64,000 nt of DNA from positions 58,801-122,800 of the forward strand of contig JBBSAM010000003.1 of the NCBI GenBank assembly GCA_038252255.1, read 5' to 3'. Every line of letters begins with the position of its first letter. The first letter of the stretch is position 1. The position numbers and the translations under genes are program-made. The notes under the pieces were generated by a model. It saw nothing but the letters and a program-made list of their open reading frames with translations, had not been told where the DNA came from and did no database searches. This stretch comes from Acidimicrobiia bacterium (GTDB lineage Bacteria; Actinomycetota; Acidimicrobiia; IMCC26256; JAENVU01). Positions 44,088 through 53,386 of the stretch are shown in pieces.

Positions 44088-44154
44088 GAAGGATGGCGGG
44101 AAAGGTGGGTTCGCCGTCCTTGTGGTCGCGGGGAGGTGGCCGCACGATGGGGTC

Positions 44155-44793
44155 ATGCAGATTGCCTTCGTGCTCTACGACCAGTTCACGGCGCTCGACA
44201 TCGTCGGGCCGTTCCAGACGCTCGCGGACCTTCCCGGTGTGGAGGCCGTGTTCGTCGCGCCGAAGCGAGGCCCGGTGCCGGACCACACCGGCCGGCTGTC
44301 ACTGACCGCGACCGCGGCACTCGACGAGGTCACCGAGCCGGAGGTCATCGTGGTTCCGGGCGGGTTCGCCGACCGGCACGCCGGCCCGGACGACCCGGTC
44401 GTCCAGTGGATCCGCGCGGTGCACCCGACCACGACGTGGACCACGAGCGTCTGCACCGGCTCGATCTTCCTGGGGCTGGCCGGGGTGCTCGACGGTCTCG
44501 ATGCGACCACGCACTGGACGGCCTACGAGCGTCTCGCCGCGCTGGGGGCTCGTCCCACCGAGCAGCGGGTCGTCGAGCGCGGCAAGGTGATCACCGCCGC
44601 CGGCGTGTCGGCGGGCATCGACATGGGTCTCACCCTCGCGTCGCGCCTGTTCGGAGATGACGTCGCGTGCGCGGTGCAGCTCGCCATCGAGTACGACCCG
44701 CAACCGCCGTTCGATTCGGGCGCGCCGAGCAAGGCATCACCGGAGCTGCTCGCGTTCGTCAGCGAGCTGATGGGCGCCACGGCTCCCGCCTAG
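44155..44793 (+). CDS. DJ-1/PfpI family protein
   Basis: VVPGG...SVCTGSIFLGLAGVLDG...THW...ITAAGVSAGIDM. Confidence 0.85.
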   Translation: MQIAFVLYDQFTALDIVGPFQTLADLPGVEAVFVAPKRGPVPDHTGRLSLTATAALDEVTEPEVIVVPGGFADRHAGPDDPVVQWIRAVHPTTTWTTSVCTGSIFLGLAGVLDGLDATTHWTAYERLAALGARPTEQRVVERGKVITAAGVSAGIDMGLTLASRLFGDDVACAVQLAIEYDPQPPFDSGAPSKASPELLAFVSELMGATAPA

Positions 44794-44807
44794 ACCTCGA
44801 TGCGAGC

Positions 44808-47800
44808 TCAGGTCGCGTCGAGCTCCGTGAGAAGCCGTTCGTACCCGTTCGCCTCTGCCACCCGCGCCACGACGGTGGCCAGCGTCTCGGACGCGTCGTC
44901 TGCCTGATCCGACTGCCGGAGCACCTGCACCGTCCCGGCCTGAGCCTGCGCCACCCAGTACGGCGCCCGCATCGCCTCGGACATCGCGGCCGCGGCCTCG
45001 AAGTGCGCCAGCGCGAGTGACGTGTCGTGCCGGACGGCGGAGAGCGCTCCGAGCCAGTGGTGAACGCATCCCAACACCGCGCCGCCGGCACCGAACACCA
45101 CGACGTGGTCGGCGAACGGCTCGAGCATCTCGATCAGGAGGTCGGCCAGGTCGAGATCCCCGGTCCGGGCCGCCGCACCGGCGAAGAGGGAGATCGCGGC
45201 GAGCCAGAAGCCGTCGCGCTGCAACCGGTGCCCGTCCGGGCCGAGCGCCTGGCGCACGATAGGCACGACGTCACCGGTCCGGCCGGTCTCTGCGCACGCG
45301 ACCGCGGCGAGCGCCAAGCCGGCCCAGTACCCGTGCTGGTGCTCCGGCGCGTTGCTCAGGCCGGTGACGAGCTCGGCGAGCCGGCCCTGCTGGTAGCGGA
45401 TGACGAAGAGGTGGAGCACATGGGCACCGACGACGTCGGTCTGCCCGAGCTCGCGACCACGCGTGAGCGCACCACGAGCCCGCTGCTCCGCCGCGCTCAG
45501 GTCACCGTGCAGCGTCGCCTGCGTCGCCCTCAGCGCCATCGACCAGTAGATGTCCGGTGGGCTCCGCAACGTCGAGGCCTGGCGCTCGTACTCTTCGAGC
45601 CGGTCGTCGAACTCGTCCACCCGACCGTTCTGCAGCAGATCGGAGAGGTGCAGCCGCTCGGCCCGGAGGTGGAGGTGCCGGCAGTCGTCGGCGCGGGTCA
45701 GCTCCACCGTGCGAGCCGAGAGCTCGAGCCGTTCGCATCGCGCCCCGGGCTCGTGGGTCAACCACCGGTGGTACGCCAGGTTCCCGGCCGCCCGGGCCGC
45801 GGTGTCGCCCAGCTCCTCGCCGAGGGCGAGCGCGGCGCGCGCGGCCTCACCCTCACGATCGGGATCGGTGTAGTAGAGCGTCGCCGCCAGGCTGTTGAGC
45901 ACCTGCACCCGGCGCAGCCGATCGGACTCGCCGAGCTGCTCCAACGCATCGTCGAGCAGCGCGAGCACGTCCGACTGCAGGTGGAGTGCCACGCTCCACG
46001 GACCGGTCGCGGCCACACCGATGTCGGCGAGCAGCTCCGGGTCCCCGGCGGTGCGCGCGAAGTCCGCCGCCACCATGTAGGCATCCCGGGCCCGTTCGAG
46101 CTGGCCGCCGTTGTCCAGCGCACGCGCGAGCCCGAACTGGATCTGGCCCAGCTCCCGCGCGCTCCAGCGAGCGGCGCGGCCCAGCTCCAGCGCCTGCTCG
46201 AACCAGGGCGCGGCCTCGGAGAACGCGAACCGGTCCACCGCGTCCTCCGCGGCGCACCGGGCGTAGCGCGCGGCCTTCTCCGGATCGCCGAGCGGGAGGG
46301 CGGCGACGAAGTGCCGGGCCATCTCGGCCGCGCTCGGCGCCGCGCCCGTCGGGTCGGTCGCTTCGAGCGCGATGCCAACCTGCCGATGCAGCTGCCTCCT
46401 GCAGTCCTCCGGGATCTCGAGGTAGACCGCGTTGCGAACGAGCGCGTGGGAGAACTCGAACATGTCGCGGTCGCCGGGGTACTCCGCGAGCAACCTCGAT
46501 GCGAGGCTCTCCTCGACCGCGTCGAGGGTCTCGTCGGCCGTCAGGCCGCAGGCCGCGGCCAGCAGGTCGGCCGAGAAGAGCCGGCCGACGACGGTCGCCA
46601 TGTGCAGCACGTCGCGGCCGCGATCGGAGAGCCGCTCGACCCGCCGGCTCACGAGCGCCCGCACCCCGGCCGGCGCCATCGTGCGCAACATCTCCTCGAG
46701 CACCGCCGCGTCGGAGGTCTCGATGCGGTGCTCGTCGAGCTCACGGAGCAGCTCGCGGATGAACAGTGGGTTGCCGCGCGTCACCGACGCGATGGTCGGA
46801 ACGAGACCGACGAGCGTCTGCACCGCGTCGGGTGGTGCGGTGGCGCGCAGCATCGCCCGCACCTCGGTGTGATCGAAGCCCTCGAGCCGGACGTGCACGC
46901 GCCGGGTCCGCGGCGCGAGCCGATCGATCAGCTCGCGCCGGCTCGAGCTCAGCTCGTCGTCCCGGTAGGTCGCGAGGACGAGGAGCCCTTCGAGCTCGGG
47001 GTCGCGCAGCAGGTGCCGCAGCACCAGCAGCGTCGGCTCGTCGGCCCAGTGGAGGTCCTCGACCGAGAGCACCACGGGCCGCCCCGGGGCGCGCGCGATG
47101 GTGGCGGCGATCGCGGCGAAGAGCTGGTACCGCTGCACGGTCGCGGTGGCATCGGCACTCGCGTGGGCCCCGGTCATCGTCCCCGTCAGACCGAGCACCG
47201 AGAGCTCACCGGGCAGCTCGCCACCCGTGGCATCGAGGCGCGGCACGAGCGCGCGGAGGATCTCCACCCACGGTTGGTACTCACCGGGCGGATCCGGGTC
47301 GCAGCGACCGGTGAGAACGATCGCACCCGCGGCGGTCGCCCGCCGGATCGTCTCGCCGAGCAACGTGCTCTTCCCGACCCCGGCATTGCCGGTGATGAGC
47401 ATGAGCCGTCGCTCGTCCGCCACGGCGGCTCCGTACACGCCGCGAAAGTCCTCGAGCTCCTGGCGCCGACCGATGAACCGCCCGGGGGGCTCCGGCCGCT
47501 CGGGCACCGCGACCGACGACCGGCTCTCCGGCGCCCAATCGAGGCCGGGCCGCTGCAGCAGCACGTCTTCCTCGAGCTTGCGCAAAGCGAGCGACGGACC
47601 GATGCCGAGCTGCTCGTCCAGCCGGCGGGTGAGGTCGGAGCACGCCCGAAGCGCTTCCGCCTGCCGGCCACTCCGGTAGAGCGCGAGCACGAGCTCCTCC
47701 GTGAGCCGCTCGCGCAGCGGAAACGCCTCGATCGCCGTAGTCAGGAGCTCGATGACGACGGCATGGTCGCCGAGCGTCATGCGGGCCTCGGCCAGCTCCT

Positions 47801-48299
47801 CGAATGCGGCGGCGCGCAGGTCCTCCAAGCGGGCGAGGTCTCCTCGCACCGCCCGCAGGTCACGGGCGTCGGCCAGCGGCGGCCCACGCCAGAGCGTGAA
47901 GGCACGTGAGAGATGGCGGACCGCCGCGTCCGGATCACCTTCGGCGTTCGCATCGCGACCGAGCACGAGCAGGCGCTCGAACCGCTCCGCGTCCAGCTCG
48001 TCCGGCTCCACCCGCAGGAGGTAGCCGTGCGGGCTCGCGGGGAGCCGGATGCTCGGCGCGTTCGTGGCCCGCTCGGGCTCCAGGATCTGGCGCAACCGCC
48101 TGATGTGGACCCGGAGCGCCGTTGCCGCGCTGGGCGGCTGATCCTCTTCCCAGAGCTCCTCGATCAGCTGCTCGGCCGGCACCGGCCGGTTGGCGCGCAG
48201 GGTCAGCAGGGTCAGCACGGCTCGGGGCTTGGCCCCTCGCAGCGAGGTCGGCCCGTTACCGTGATCGACCTCGAGCGGGCCCAACACCCGAATCTCCAC
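44808..48299 (-). CDS. AfsR/SARP family transcriptional regulator (OmpR-type wHTH + BTAD + NB-ARC/AAA ATPase + TPR-like C-terminus)
   Basis: GTG start with an AGGAGG RBS. The protein begins VEIRVLGPLEV. ALRVHIRRLRQIL, Walker A GNAGVGKSTLL and a long helical repeat tail follow. Confidence 0.9.
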   Translation of the reverse strand: MEIRVLGPLEVDHGNGPTSLRGAKPRAVLTLLTLRANRPVPAEQLIEELWEEDQPPSAATALRVHIRRLRQILEPERATNAPSIRLPASPHGYLLRVEPDELDAERFERLLVLGRDANAEGDPDAAVRHLSRAFTLWRGPPLADARDLRAVRGDLARLEDLRAAAFEELAEARMTLGDHAVVIELLTTAIEAFPLRERLTEELVLALYRSGRQAEALRACSDLTRRLDEQLGIGPSLALRKLEEDVLLQRPGLDWAPESRSSVAVPERPEPPGRFIGRRQELEDFRGVYGAAVADERRLMLITGNAGVGKSTLLGETIRRATAAGAIVLTGRCDPDPPGEYQPWVEILRALVPRLDATGGELPGELSVLGLTGTMTGAHASADATATVQRYQLFAAIAATIARAPGRPVVLSVEDLHWADEPTLLVLRHLLRDPELEGLLVLATYRDDELSSSRRELIDRLAPRTRRVHVRLEGFDHTEVRAMLRATAPPDAVQTLVGLVPTIASVTRGNPLFIRELLRELDEHRIETSDAAVLEEMLRTMAPAGVRALVSRRVERLSDRGRDVLHMATVVGRLFSADLLAAACGLTADETLDAVEESLASRLLAEYPGDRDMFEFSHALVRNAVYLEIPEDCRRQLHRQVGIALEATDPTGAAPSAAEMARHFVAALPLGDPEKAARYARCAAEDAVDRFAFSEAAPWFEQALELGRAARWSARELGQIQFGLARALDNGGQLERARDAYMVAADFARTAGDPELLADIGVAATGPWSVALHLQSDVLALLDDALEQLGESDRLRRVQVLNSLAATLYYTDPDREGEAARAALALGEELGDTAARAAGNLAYHRWLTHEPGARCERLELSARTVELTRADDCRHLHLRAERLHLSDLLQNGRVDEFDDRLEEYERQASTLRSPPDIYWSMALRATQATLHGDLSAAEQRARGALTRGRELGQTDVVGAHVLHLFVIRYQQGRLAELVTGLSNAPEHQHGYWAGLALAAVACAETGRTGDVVPIVRQALGPDGHRLQRDGFWLAAISLFAGAAARTGDLDLADLLIEMLEPFADHVVVFGAGGAVLGCVHHWLGALSAVRHDTSLALAHFEAAAAMSEAMRAPYWVAQAQAGTVQVLRQSDQADDASETLATVVARVAEANGYERLLTELDAT

Positions 48300-48365
48300 C
48301 CGCACCTCCTGCCGGAAACGGTGGGGCGCGAAGGCTACAACCGGGGGGCATCCGAGCGCCGCGAC

Positions 48366-48387
48366 GCGCTTTACGCGCGCTTTACGC
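48366..48387 (+). promoter_or_regulatory. Perfect 11-bp tandem direct repeat (GCGCTTTACGC x2), candidate SARP operator
   Basis: It lies in the divergent region between the SARP gene and the 48454 gene. A TACAAC -10-like hexamer sits 8 nt downstream (48396-48401). Confidence 0.45.
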
Positions 48388-48453
48388 CCACCGCGTACAA
48401 CGACGACCACGAGGAACCCGTCGCCTCACCACCCCGACCCGAAGGAACTCCCT

Positions 48454-48846
48454 GTGACGCACGAATCCCGTAGGCCCGCGCCCCCGTCCGCTTTGCGTCA
48501 CGCGGAGGCCCCGCTCGTCCTGGCCGCGAACGCCGGCTTCGCCGATCCCCAGTTCCGCGAGACGGTCCGGGAGATGCATCGCCAGGAGTACCCGCTCCTG
48601 CGCATGGTCACCGATCTCGGGCTCGACGACGAGCTGACGGCCGAGATCCGCTCCGTCCTCGAAGGCCTCAGCCCCGAGGTCGTGGCGGGGATCCGTGCCT
48701 CGACGCTGGCGATGCTCGACCGGGAGGAGCAGGCCCTCCCGCTCGACTGCTCCGTCGATCCGGGTGAGCTCCAGCGTGGGGTTCCTGTCGCGGTCGAGGT
48801 CAACGAGGTCGGCGGCACGGACACGATCCAGGTGTCGCGCGCCTGA
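48454..48846 (+). CDS. Hypothetical protein (130 aa)
   Basis: GTG start with a GAAGGAA RBS. No recognised domain. Confidence 0.55.
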   Translation: MTHESRRPAPPSALRHAEAPLVLAANAGFADPQFRETVREMHRQEYPLLRMVTDLGLDDELTAEIRSVLEGLSPEVVAGIRASTLAMLDREEQALPLDCSVDPGELQRGVPVAVEVNEVGGTDTIQVSRA

Positions 48847-48851
48847 CCGCC

Positions 48852-49481
48852 GTGACCGAGCCGATCCGGAAGATCGGCCTGGCGTCGGACGTACCGGAGG
48901 TGAGCTTCGACGCGCTCGAACAGGTCGCTCACGCGCTCCATCAACAGGTCACCCGCGATCTCGGGCCGATCTGGGGCATCGACGCGGCCGTACGCGCGTT
49001 CCCGGGCACCAGCGCGGTGCCACCCGGGTACTGGCCGCTCGTCGTCGTGCGCGACCTCGACGGGGGCTCCGGCCTGCATCGCAACGCGAGCGGCCGGCCG
49101 AGCGGTCTCGTCAAGCTCCGCCCGCTGTGGTCGCTGACGGCCAGCCACGAGTGTCTCGAGATGCTGATCAACCCACTCGGTGATCGCGTGGTCATCGGCC
49201 CGTCGCCCGCGGCACCCGATCGCCAGGTCGAGCTGCTCGTCGAGGTCTGCGACCCGGTGCAGGCCGCCTCGTTCGGCTACCGGATCGGCAACGTGCTCGT
49301 GTCGGACTTCGTGACGCCGAGCTACTTCGACTTCCCGCCGGGCTTCGTCGCCCGGTACAGCTTCCGCGAGACCGTCACCTCTCCGCGTCAGGTGCCGCCG
49401 GGTGGCTGCCTCACCTGGTTCGAGCCGCGGACCCAGCGGTGGCTGCAGCGGACCTTTCTCGGGGTTCGGGAGGTCTCGTAG
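48852..49481 (+). CDS. Hypothetical protein (209 aa)
   Basis: GTG start 5 nt after the upstream stop. It contains SHECLEMLINP. No recognised family. Confidence 0.6.
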   Translation: MTEPIRKIGLASDVPEVSFDALEQVAHALHQQVTRDLGPIWGIDAAVRAFPGTSAVPPGYWPLVVVRDLDGGSGLHRNASGRPSGLVKLRPLWSLTASHECLEMLINPLGDRVVIGPSPAAPDRQVELLVEVCDPVQAASFGYRIGNVLVSDFVTPSYFDFPPGFVARYSFRETVTSPRQVPPGGCLTWFEPRTQRWLQRTFLGVREVS

Positions 49482-49496
49482 ACCTCCGGGCCCGCC

Positions 49497-50024
49497 CTAG
49501 CCGATTCCTTCGAGGCGTTGCTGCGGGGAGGCACCCGGCGGCACGTGGCCTTCGAGCCCGAGCAGGAGGCGCTTGCGCTCCAGCCCGCCGCCGTAGCCGG
49601 TGAGGCTCCCGTCGGCGCCGATCACCCGGTGGCACGGGACGATCACCGCGATCGGGTTCGCGCCGTTCGCGAGGCCGACAGCGCGCGCGGCGGACGGCTT
49701 CCCCACGCGCCGCGCCAGCTCGCCGTAGCTGGTGGTCGTTCCGTACGGGATCTCGCAGAGCGCGTTCCACACGCGCCGCTGGAATGGAGAACCGTCCAGC
49801 CGCAGCGGCACGTCGAACTCGGTGCGCGCGCCGGCGAAGTACGCGGATAGCTGCTCCCGTACTTCCGCGAACGGCTCGTCGGCTCGTTGCCACTCCGGGC
49901 GCAGCGTCACCGGGCGCCGCCCTTCCTGCATGCAGAGCCCCTGGAGCGCGTGCCCGTCGCTGAGCAGCAGAAGGTCTCCGATCGGGCTCGCCACGTTCGT
50001 GTACCAGGTCACCTCGTTGCTCAC
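49497..50024 (-). CDS. ogt: Methylated-DNA--protein-cysteine methyltransferase
   Basis: The PCHRV active site and the YGELA helix are present. There is a GTGA overlap with the upstream ada/alkA gene. Confidence 0.9.
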   Translation of the reverse strand: MSNEVTWYTNVASPIGDLLLLSDGHALQGLCMQEGRRPVTLRPEWQRADEPFAEVREQLSAYFAGARTEFDVPLRLDGSPFQRRVWNALCEIPYGTTTSYGELARRVGKPSAARAVGLANGANPIAVIVPCHRVIGADGSLTGYGGGLERKRLLLGLEGHVPPGASPQQRLEGIG

Positions 50025-51499
50025 GCGGCCACCTCGGCGTCGCCGGCCGGGCCCGCAGTCGCCTGAGCCCACAGATGCTGCACCGCGTAGGCCCGGTACG
50101 GTCGCCACGGTTCGGCGAGCCGCGCCACCGCCGCCGGTCGCGAGTTGAGTCCGAGACCCTCGAGCGCGTGGCGGATACCGAGGTCGGTCGGGAGGAAGGC
50201 GTCGGGATCCCGCAAGACGCGCATCGCGACGTACGCCACGGTCCACGGACCGATGCCGGGAAGCGCGAGCAGCTGTCGTTGCGTCTCGTCGCGCTCCGTT
50301 CCCGCATCGAGGACGATGCTGCCGTCGGCCAGTGCCCCGGTCAGCGCGAGCAACGCGCGACGGCGGGCGGCCGGCATCGCGAGACGGTCGGGGTCGCCCT
50401 CCGCGATCGCCTCCGGTCGCGGGAACACGTGGGTCACGCCACCGAGCGGGCGCGCCAGCGGTGTCCCGTGCTCCGCGACGAGCCGCCCGGCGAGCGTGGC
50501 CGCGCCCGCCAGCGAGACCTGCTGGCCGAGCACCGCGCGCACCGCGAGCTCGTCGCCGTCCACGGCACCTGCCACCCTTCGCCCCGGTTGCACCCGGACC
50601 AGCGGGCCCAGCAGGGGATCGGCGCCGAGCGCGTCGACGACGGCGTGCGGATCGGAGTCCAGGTCGAGCAGCGCACGACACCGTTGCACCGCGGTCGCCA
50701 GGTCGCGGAGGTCGTCCAGCCAGAATCGAGCCCTCACGTGACCGTCTCCGGGGCGCAGCTCGACGATCCCGGCGCCGCGGGGCAGACCCAGGCTGCGCCG
50801 GTACACACCGTTGACTGCCTCTTCGACACCCGGCACCGCGCGGGCGGCAAGGAACGCGAGAAGTGCACCGGCGCCGAGCGGCGCGCGGTACGGAAGGCGC
50901 AGGTCCACCGCACCGCTCCCCTCCGGTCGACCATGGCGGCCGGCGCGGGCGCGGAGCGCGCTCGGTGTGGTGGCGAAGACCTCCTGCACGGTGGCGTTGA
51001 ACTGGCGCACGCTCCGAAAGCCGGAGGCGTATGCCACCTGGGCGATCGGCAGGTCGGTCGTCTCCACGAGCACCCGCGCTGTCTGCGCCCGTTGCGCACG
51101 TGCGAGCGCCAAGGGCCCGGCGCCGACCACGGCGACGAGCTGGCGGTGCACGTGGCGTTCGGCGTAGCCCAGCCGGCTCGCGAGCCCGGTGACGCCCTCG
51201 CGGTCCACGATGCCGTCGGCGATGAGCCGCATGGCGCGGCCCACGAGGTCAGCCCGGCGGTCCCACTCGGGCGAGCCCGGAGTGGCATCCGGCCGGCAGC
51301 GCTTGCAGGCACGGAACCCGGCGGCCTGCGCCGCGGCAGCGGTCGCGTAGAAGCGCACGTTGCGGCGCTTCGGGGTCCGGGCCGGGCAGCTCGGCCGGCA
51401 GTAGATCCCGGTCGAGGTCACCCCGCAGAACACCCAGCCGTCGAAGCGCGGATCGCCGGTCTCCACGGCGTGCCAGCTGCGGTCGGGGTCGAAGATCAT
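50021..51499 (-). CDS. Ada-AlkA fusion: Ada Zn-binding domain + AraC HTH + DNA-3-methyladenine glycosylase II (HhH-GPD)
   Basis: CRPSCPAR...CKRCRP is followed by an AraC-type HTH and an AlkA-type C-terminus (LPGIGPWTVAYVAMR). Confidence 0.9.
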   Translation of the reverse strand: MIFDPDRSWHAVETGDPRFDGWVFCGVTSTGIYCRPSCPARTPKRRNVRFYATAAAAQAAGFRACKRCRPDATPGSPEWDRRADLVGRAMRLIADGIVDREGVTGLASRLGYAERHVHRQLVAVVGAGPLALARAQRAQTARVLVETTDLPIAQVAYASGFRSVRQFNATVQEVFATTPSALRARAGRHGRPEGSGAVDLRLPYRAPLGAGALLAFLAARAVPGVEEAVNGVYRRSLGLPRGAGIVELRPGDGHVRARFWLDDLRDLATAVQRCRALLDLDSDPHAVVDALGADPLLGPLVRVQPGRRVAGAVDGDELAVRAVLGQQVSLAGAATLAGRLVAEHGTPLARPLGGVTHVFPRPEAIAEGDPDRLAMPAARRRALLALTGALADGSIVLDAGTERDETQRQLLALPGIGPWTVAYVAMRVLRDPDAFLPTDLGIRHALEGLGLNSRPAAVARLAEPWRPYRAYAVQHLWAQATAGPAGDAEVAA

Positions 51500-51589
51500 G
51501 CGACCACCGTGCCACGCCCGGACCGGGTTGTCTGGCGGGAATCGGACGGCAATGAGATCGGCCGCGCGCCGGCCGCCGCCGGGCCGTCC

Positions 51590-52468
51590 TCAGCTGCAGC
51601 CGAGGGCCTTCCGGAGCTTGGCGAGGTTCTCGCGCATCACCGAAGCCCAGTCGTCGCCGTGCGCGATCTCGCGGTCGGTGAGCCCTTCAAGCGGGTTGAG
51701 CGTCTCCGTCCTGACCCCGCCGGCCTCGCGGGCCAGGGCGTCCGCCACCCGACGCGACACCAGAGCCTCGGTGAAGACGGTCGTGATCCCGCCCCGATGC
51801 ACCAGATCGGCGAGCTGACCCAGCCGTTGCGCGTTGGGCTCCTCGTCGGGCGAGATGCCGGCGATCCCCTCCTGCCGGAGGCCGTAGCGGTCGGCGAGAT
51901 AGCCGAACGCCTCGTGCGCGGTGACGATCGTGCGGCGCCGGCACGTGCGCAACCCGTTCGCATAGTCGTCGTTCACCTGCCGGATCTCGGCCTGGAACCG
52001 GGCAGTGTTGCGGACGATCTGCGCCCGGCAGCGCGGCAGCGCGCGCACGAGCGATCGCGACACCGTGCCCACGAGCTCCGAGTAGCGGATCGGGTCCAGC
52101 CACACGTGCGGATCGGACGGCCTCGCGTGCAGACCGTCGAGCAGCCCGACGGTGATCCCGTCGCGCTGGTCTGCCGCGTGCTCCACCGCCGGTTGGAAGC
52201 CGTGGCCCATGACGAACACGACCTTCGCGTCCTGGATCGCATCGACCTGGTCCGGGACCAGCTCGAGGTCATGGGGCTCGGCGCCGGCGGGGGTGAGGTT
52301 CTGCACCGCGACGCAGCTCCCACCGACCCGCTGCGCCGCTTCGGCCACCGGATAGAAGGCCGCCACCACCTTGGCCTTGCCGGTCGCGGTCTGACTCGAG
52401 TGCTGACCGCTCCCACACGCCGTGCCGAGCACGGCAACGACCGCACCCAGCACCAGCCACCGTCGCAC
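51590..52468 (-). CDS. Metal ABC transporter substrate-binding lipoprotein (ZnuA/TroA-like)
   Basis: GTG start with a GGAGGG RBS. Lipobox LGTAC, then EPHDLEL and DPHVWLDP. Confidence 0.8.
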   Translation of the reverse strand: MRRWLVLGAVVAVLGTACGSGQHSSQTATGKAKVVAAFYPVAEAAQRVGGSCVAVQNLTPAGAEPHDLELVPDQVDAIQDAKVVFVMGHGFQPAVEHAADQRDGITVGLLDGLHARPSDPHVWLDPIRYSELVGTVSRSLVRALPRCRAQIVRNTARFQAEIRQVNDDYANGLRTCRRRTIVTAHEAFGYLADRYGLRQEGIAGISPDEEPNAQRLGQLADLVHRGGITTVFTEALVSRRVADALAREAGGVRTETLNPLEGLTDREIAHGDDWASVMRENLAKLRKALGCS

Positions 52469-52642
52469 GGGCCACCCTCCATGTTCCCTTGAAGCGTTCT
52501 CCCGAATCGTTCTCTTGCATTGTTGTTCGCTTGAATCCAAGTTCCTTTGAATCTAAGAATCGGTCTCATTACTATCATGGGACGGGAGGCATCTACAATC
52601 CCGAGGCTCCGAAATCGCGAGAGCTGGGAAGGGGACACCACG
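52469..52642. promoter_or_regulatory. AT-richer divergent promoter region of the metal uptake genes; candidate Zur operator(s)
   Basis: This is the least GC-rich stretch seen in the window. It carries four GAATC motifs (52504, 52533, 52549, 52557), CGTTCTC twice, and a TCTCATTA half-site at 52564-52571. Confidence 0.35.
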
Positions 52643-53386
52643 GTGGAGGTGATCGCGGCCGACGGGGTCTGCTTCGCGTACGGCACCGAGCGGGTCCTGG
52701 ACGACGTCGGCATGCATGTCGACGCGGGCGAGTTCGTCGCACTCGTCGGCCCGAACGGCTCGGGCAAGTCCACCCTCGTGCGCATCCTGGTCGGCCTGCT
52801 CACCCCTGACGCCGGCACGGTCCTCGTGTTCGGCGAGACGCCCCGCCGGCTCACCGACCGCGCCCGGTTGGGCTACGTGCCCCAGCGCTCCCAGCTCGTG
52901 GGCGCGCTCCCCGCCACGGTGACCGAGCTCGTCTCCGCCGGCCGGCTGGCCCGCCGGGGCTGGTGGCGGCGACCGGGTCGGGACGACCGGGCCGCGGTCG
53001 ACGCCGCGATCGACGCGGTGGCCCTCGGGGACCTGCGCCGGCGCCCGATCCGCGAGCTGTCCGGCGGCCAGCAGCAGCGCGTGCTGATCGCGAAGGCGCT
53101 CGCGGCCGAACCCGAGCTCCTCGTGCTCGACGAGCCGATCGCCGGCGTCGACGCCGAGTCGCAGCGCCTCTTCCGTGACGCGCTCGTGCACGTGGTACGC
53201 GAGCGGGGCGGCGCCGTCGTCCTCGTCTCCCACGAGCTCGGTGCCGTCGCCGAGGACCTCGACCGCGTCGTGGTGCTGAAGCGCCGAGTGCTGTTCGACG
53301 GCCCGCCCGCCGACCTCGCGGCAACCGGCGTGAGCCTCGGCATCCACCAGGAAGACCTCCCGCTCTGGCTGGAGACGCTGACATGA
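52643..53386 (+). CDS. Metal ABC transporter ATP-binding protein (ZnuC-like)
   Basis: [18 protein letters not shown] and LVLDEP are present. GTG start with a GGAAGGGGA RBS. Confidence 0.85.
   Translation: MEVIAADGVCFAYGTERVLDDVGMHVDAGEFVALVGPNGSGKSTLVRILVGLLTPDAGTVLVFGETPRRLTDRARLGYVPQRSQLVGALPATVTELVSAGRLARRGWWRRPGRDDRAAVDAAIDAVALGDLRRRPIRELSGGQQQRVLIAKALAAEPELLVLDEPIAGVDAESQRLFRDALVHVVRERGGAVVLVSHELGAVAEDLDRVVVLKRRVLFDGPPADLAATGVSLGIHQEDLPLWLETLT

Noticed and set aside
45027-47909. 960-aa plus-strand ORF
   Set aside because: It is antisense to the SARP regulator, which carries an OmpR-type wHTH, BTAD and a Walker A motif. This is a high-GC artefact.
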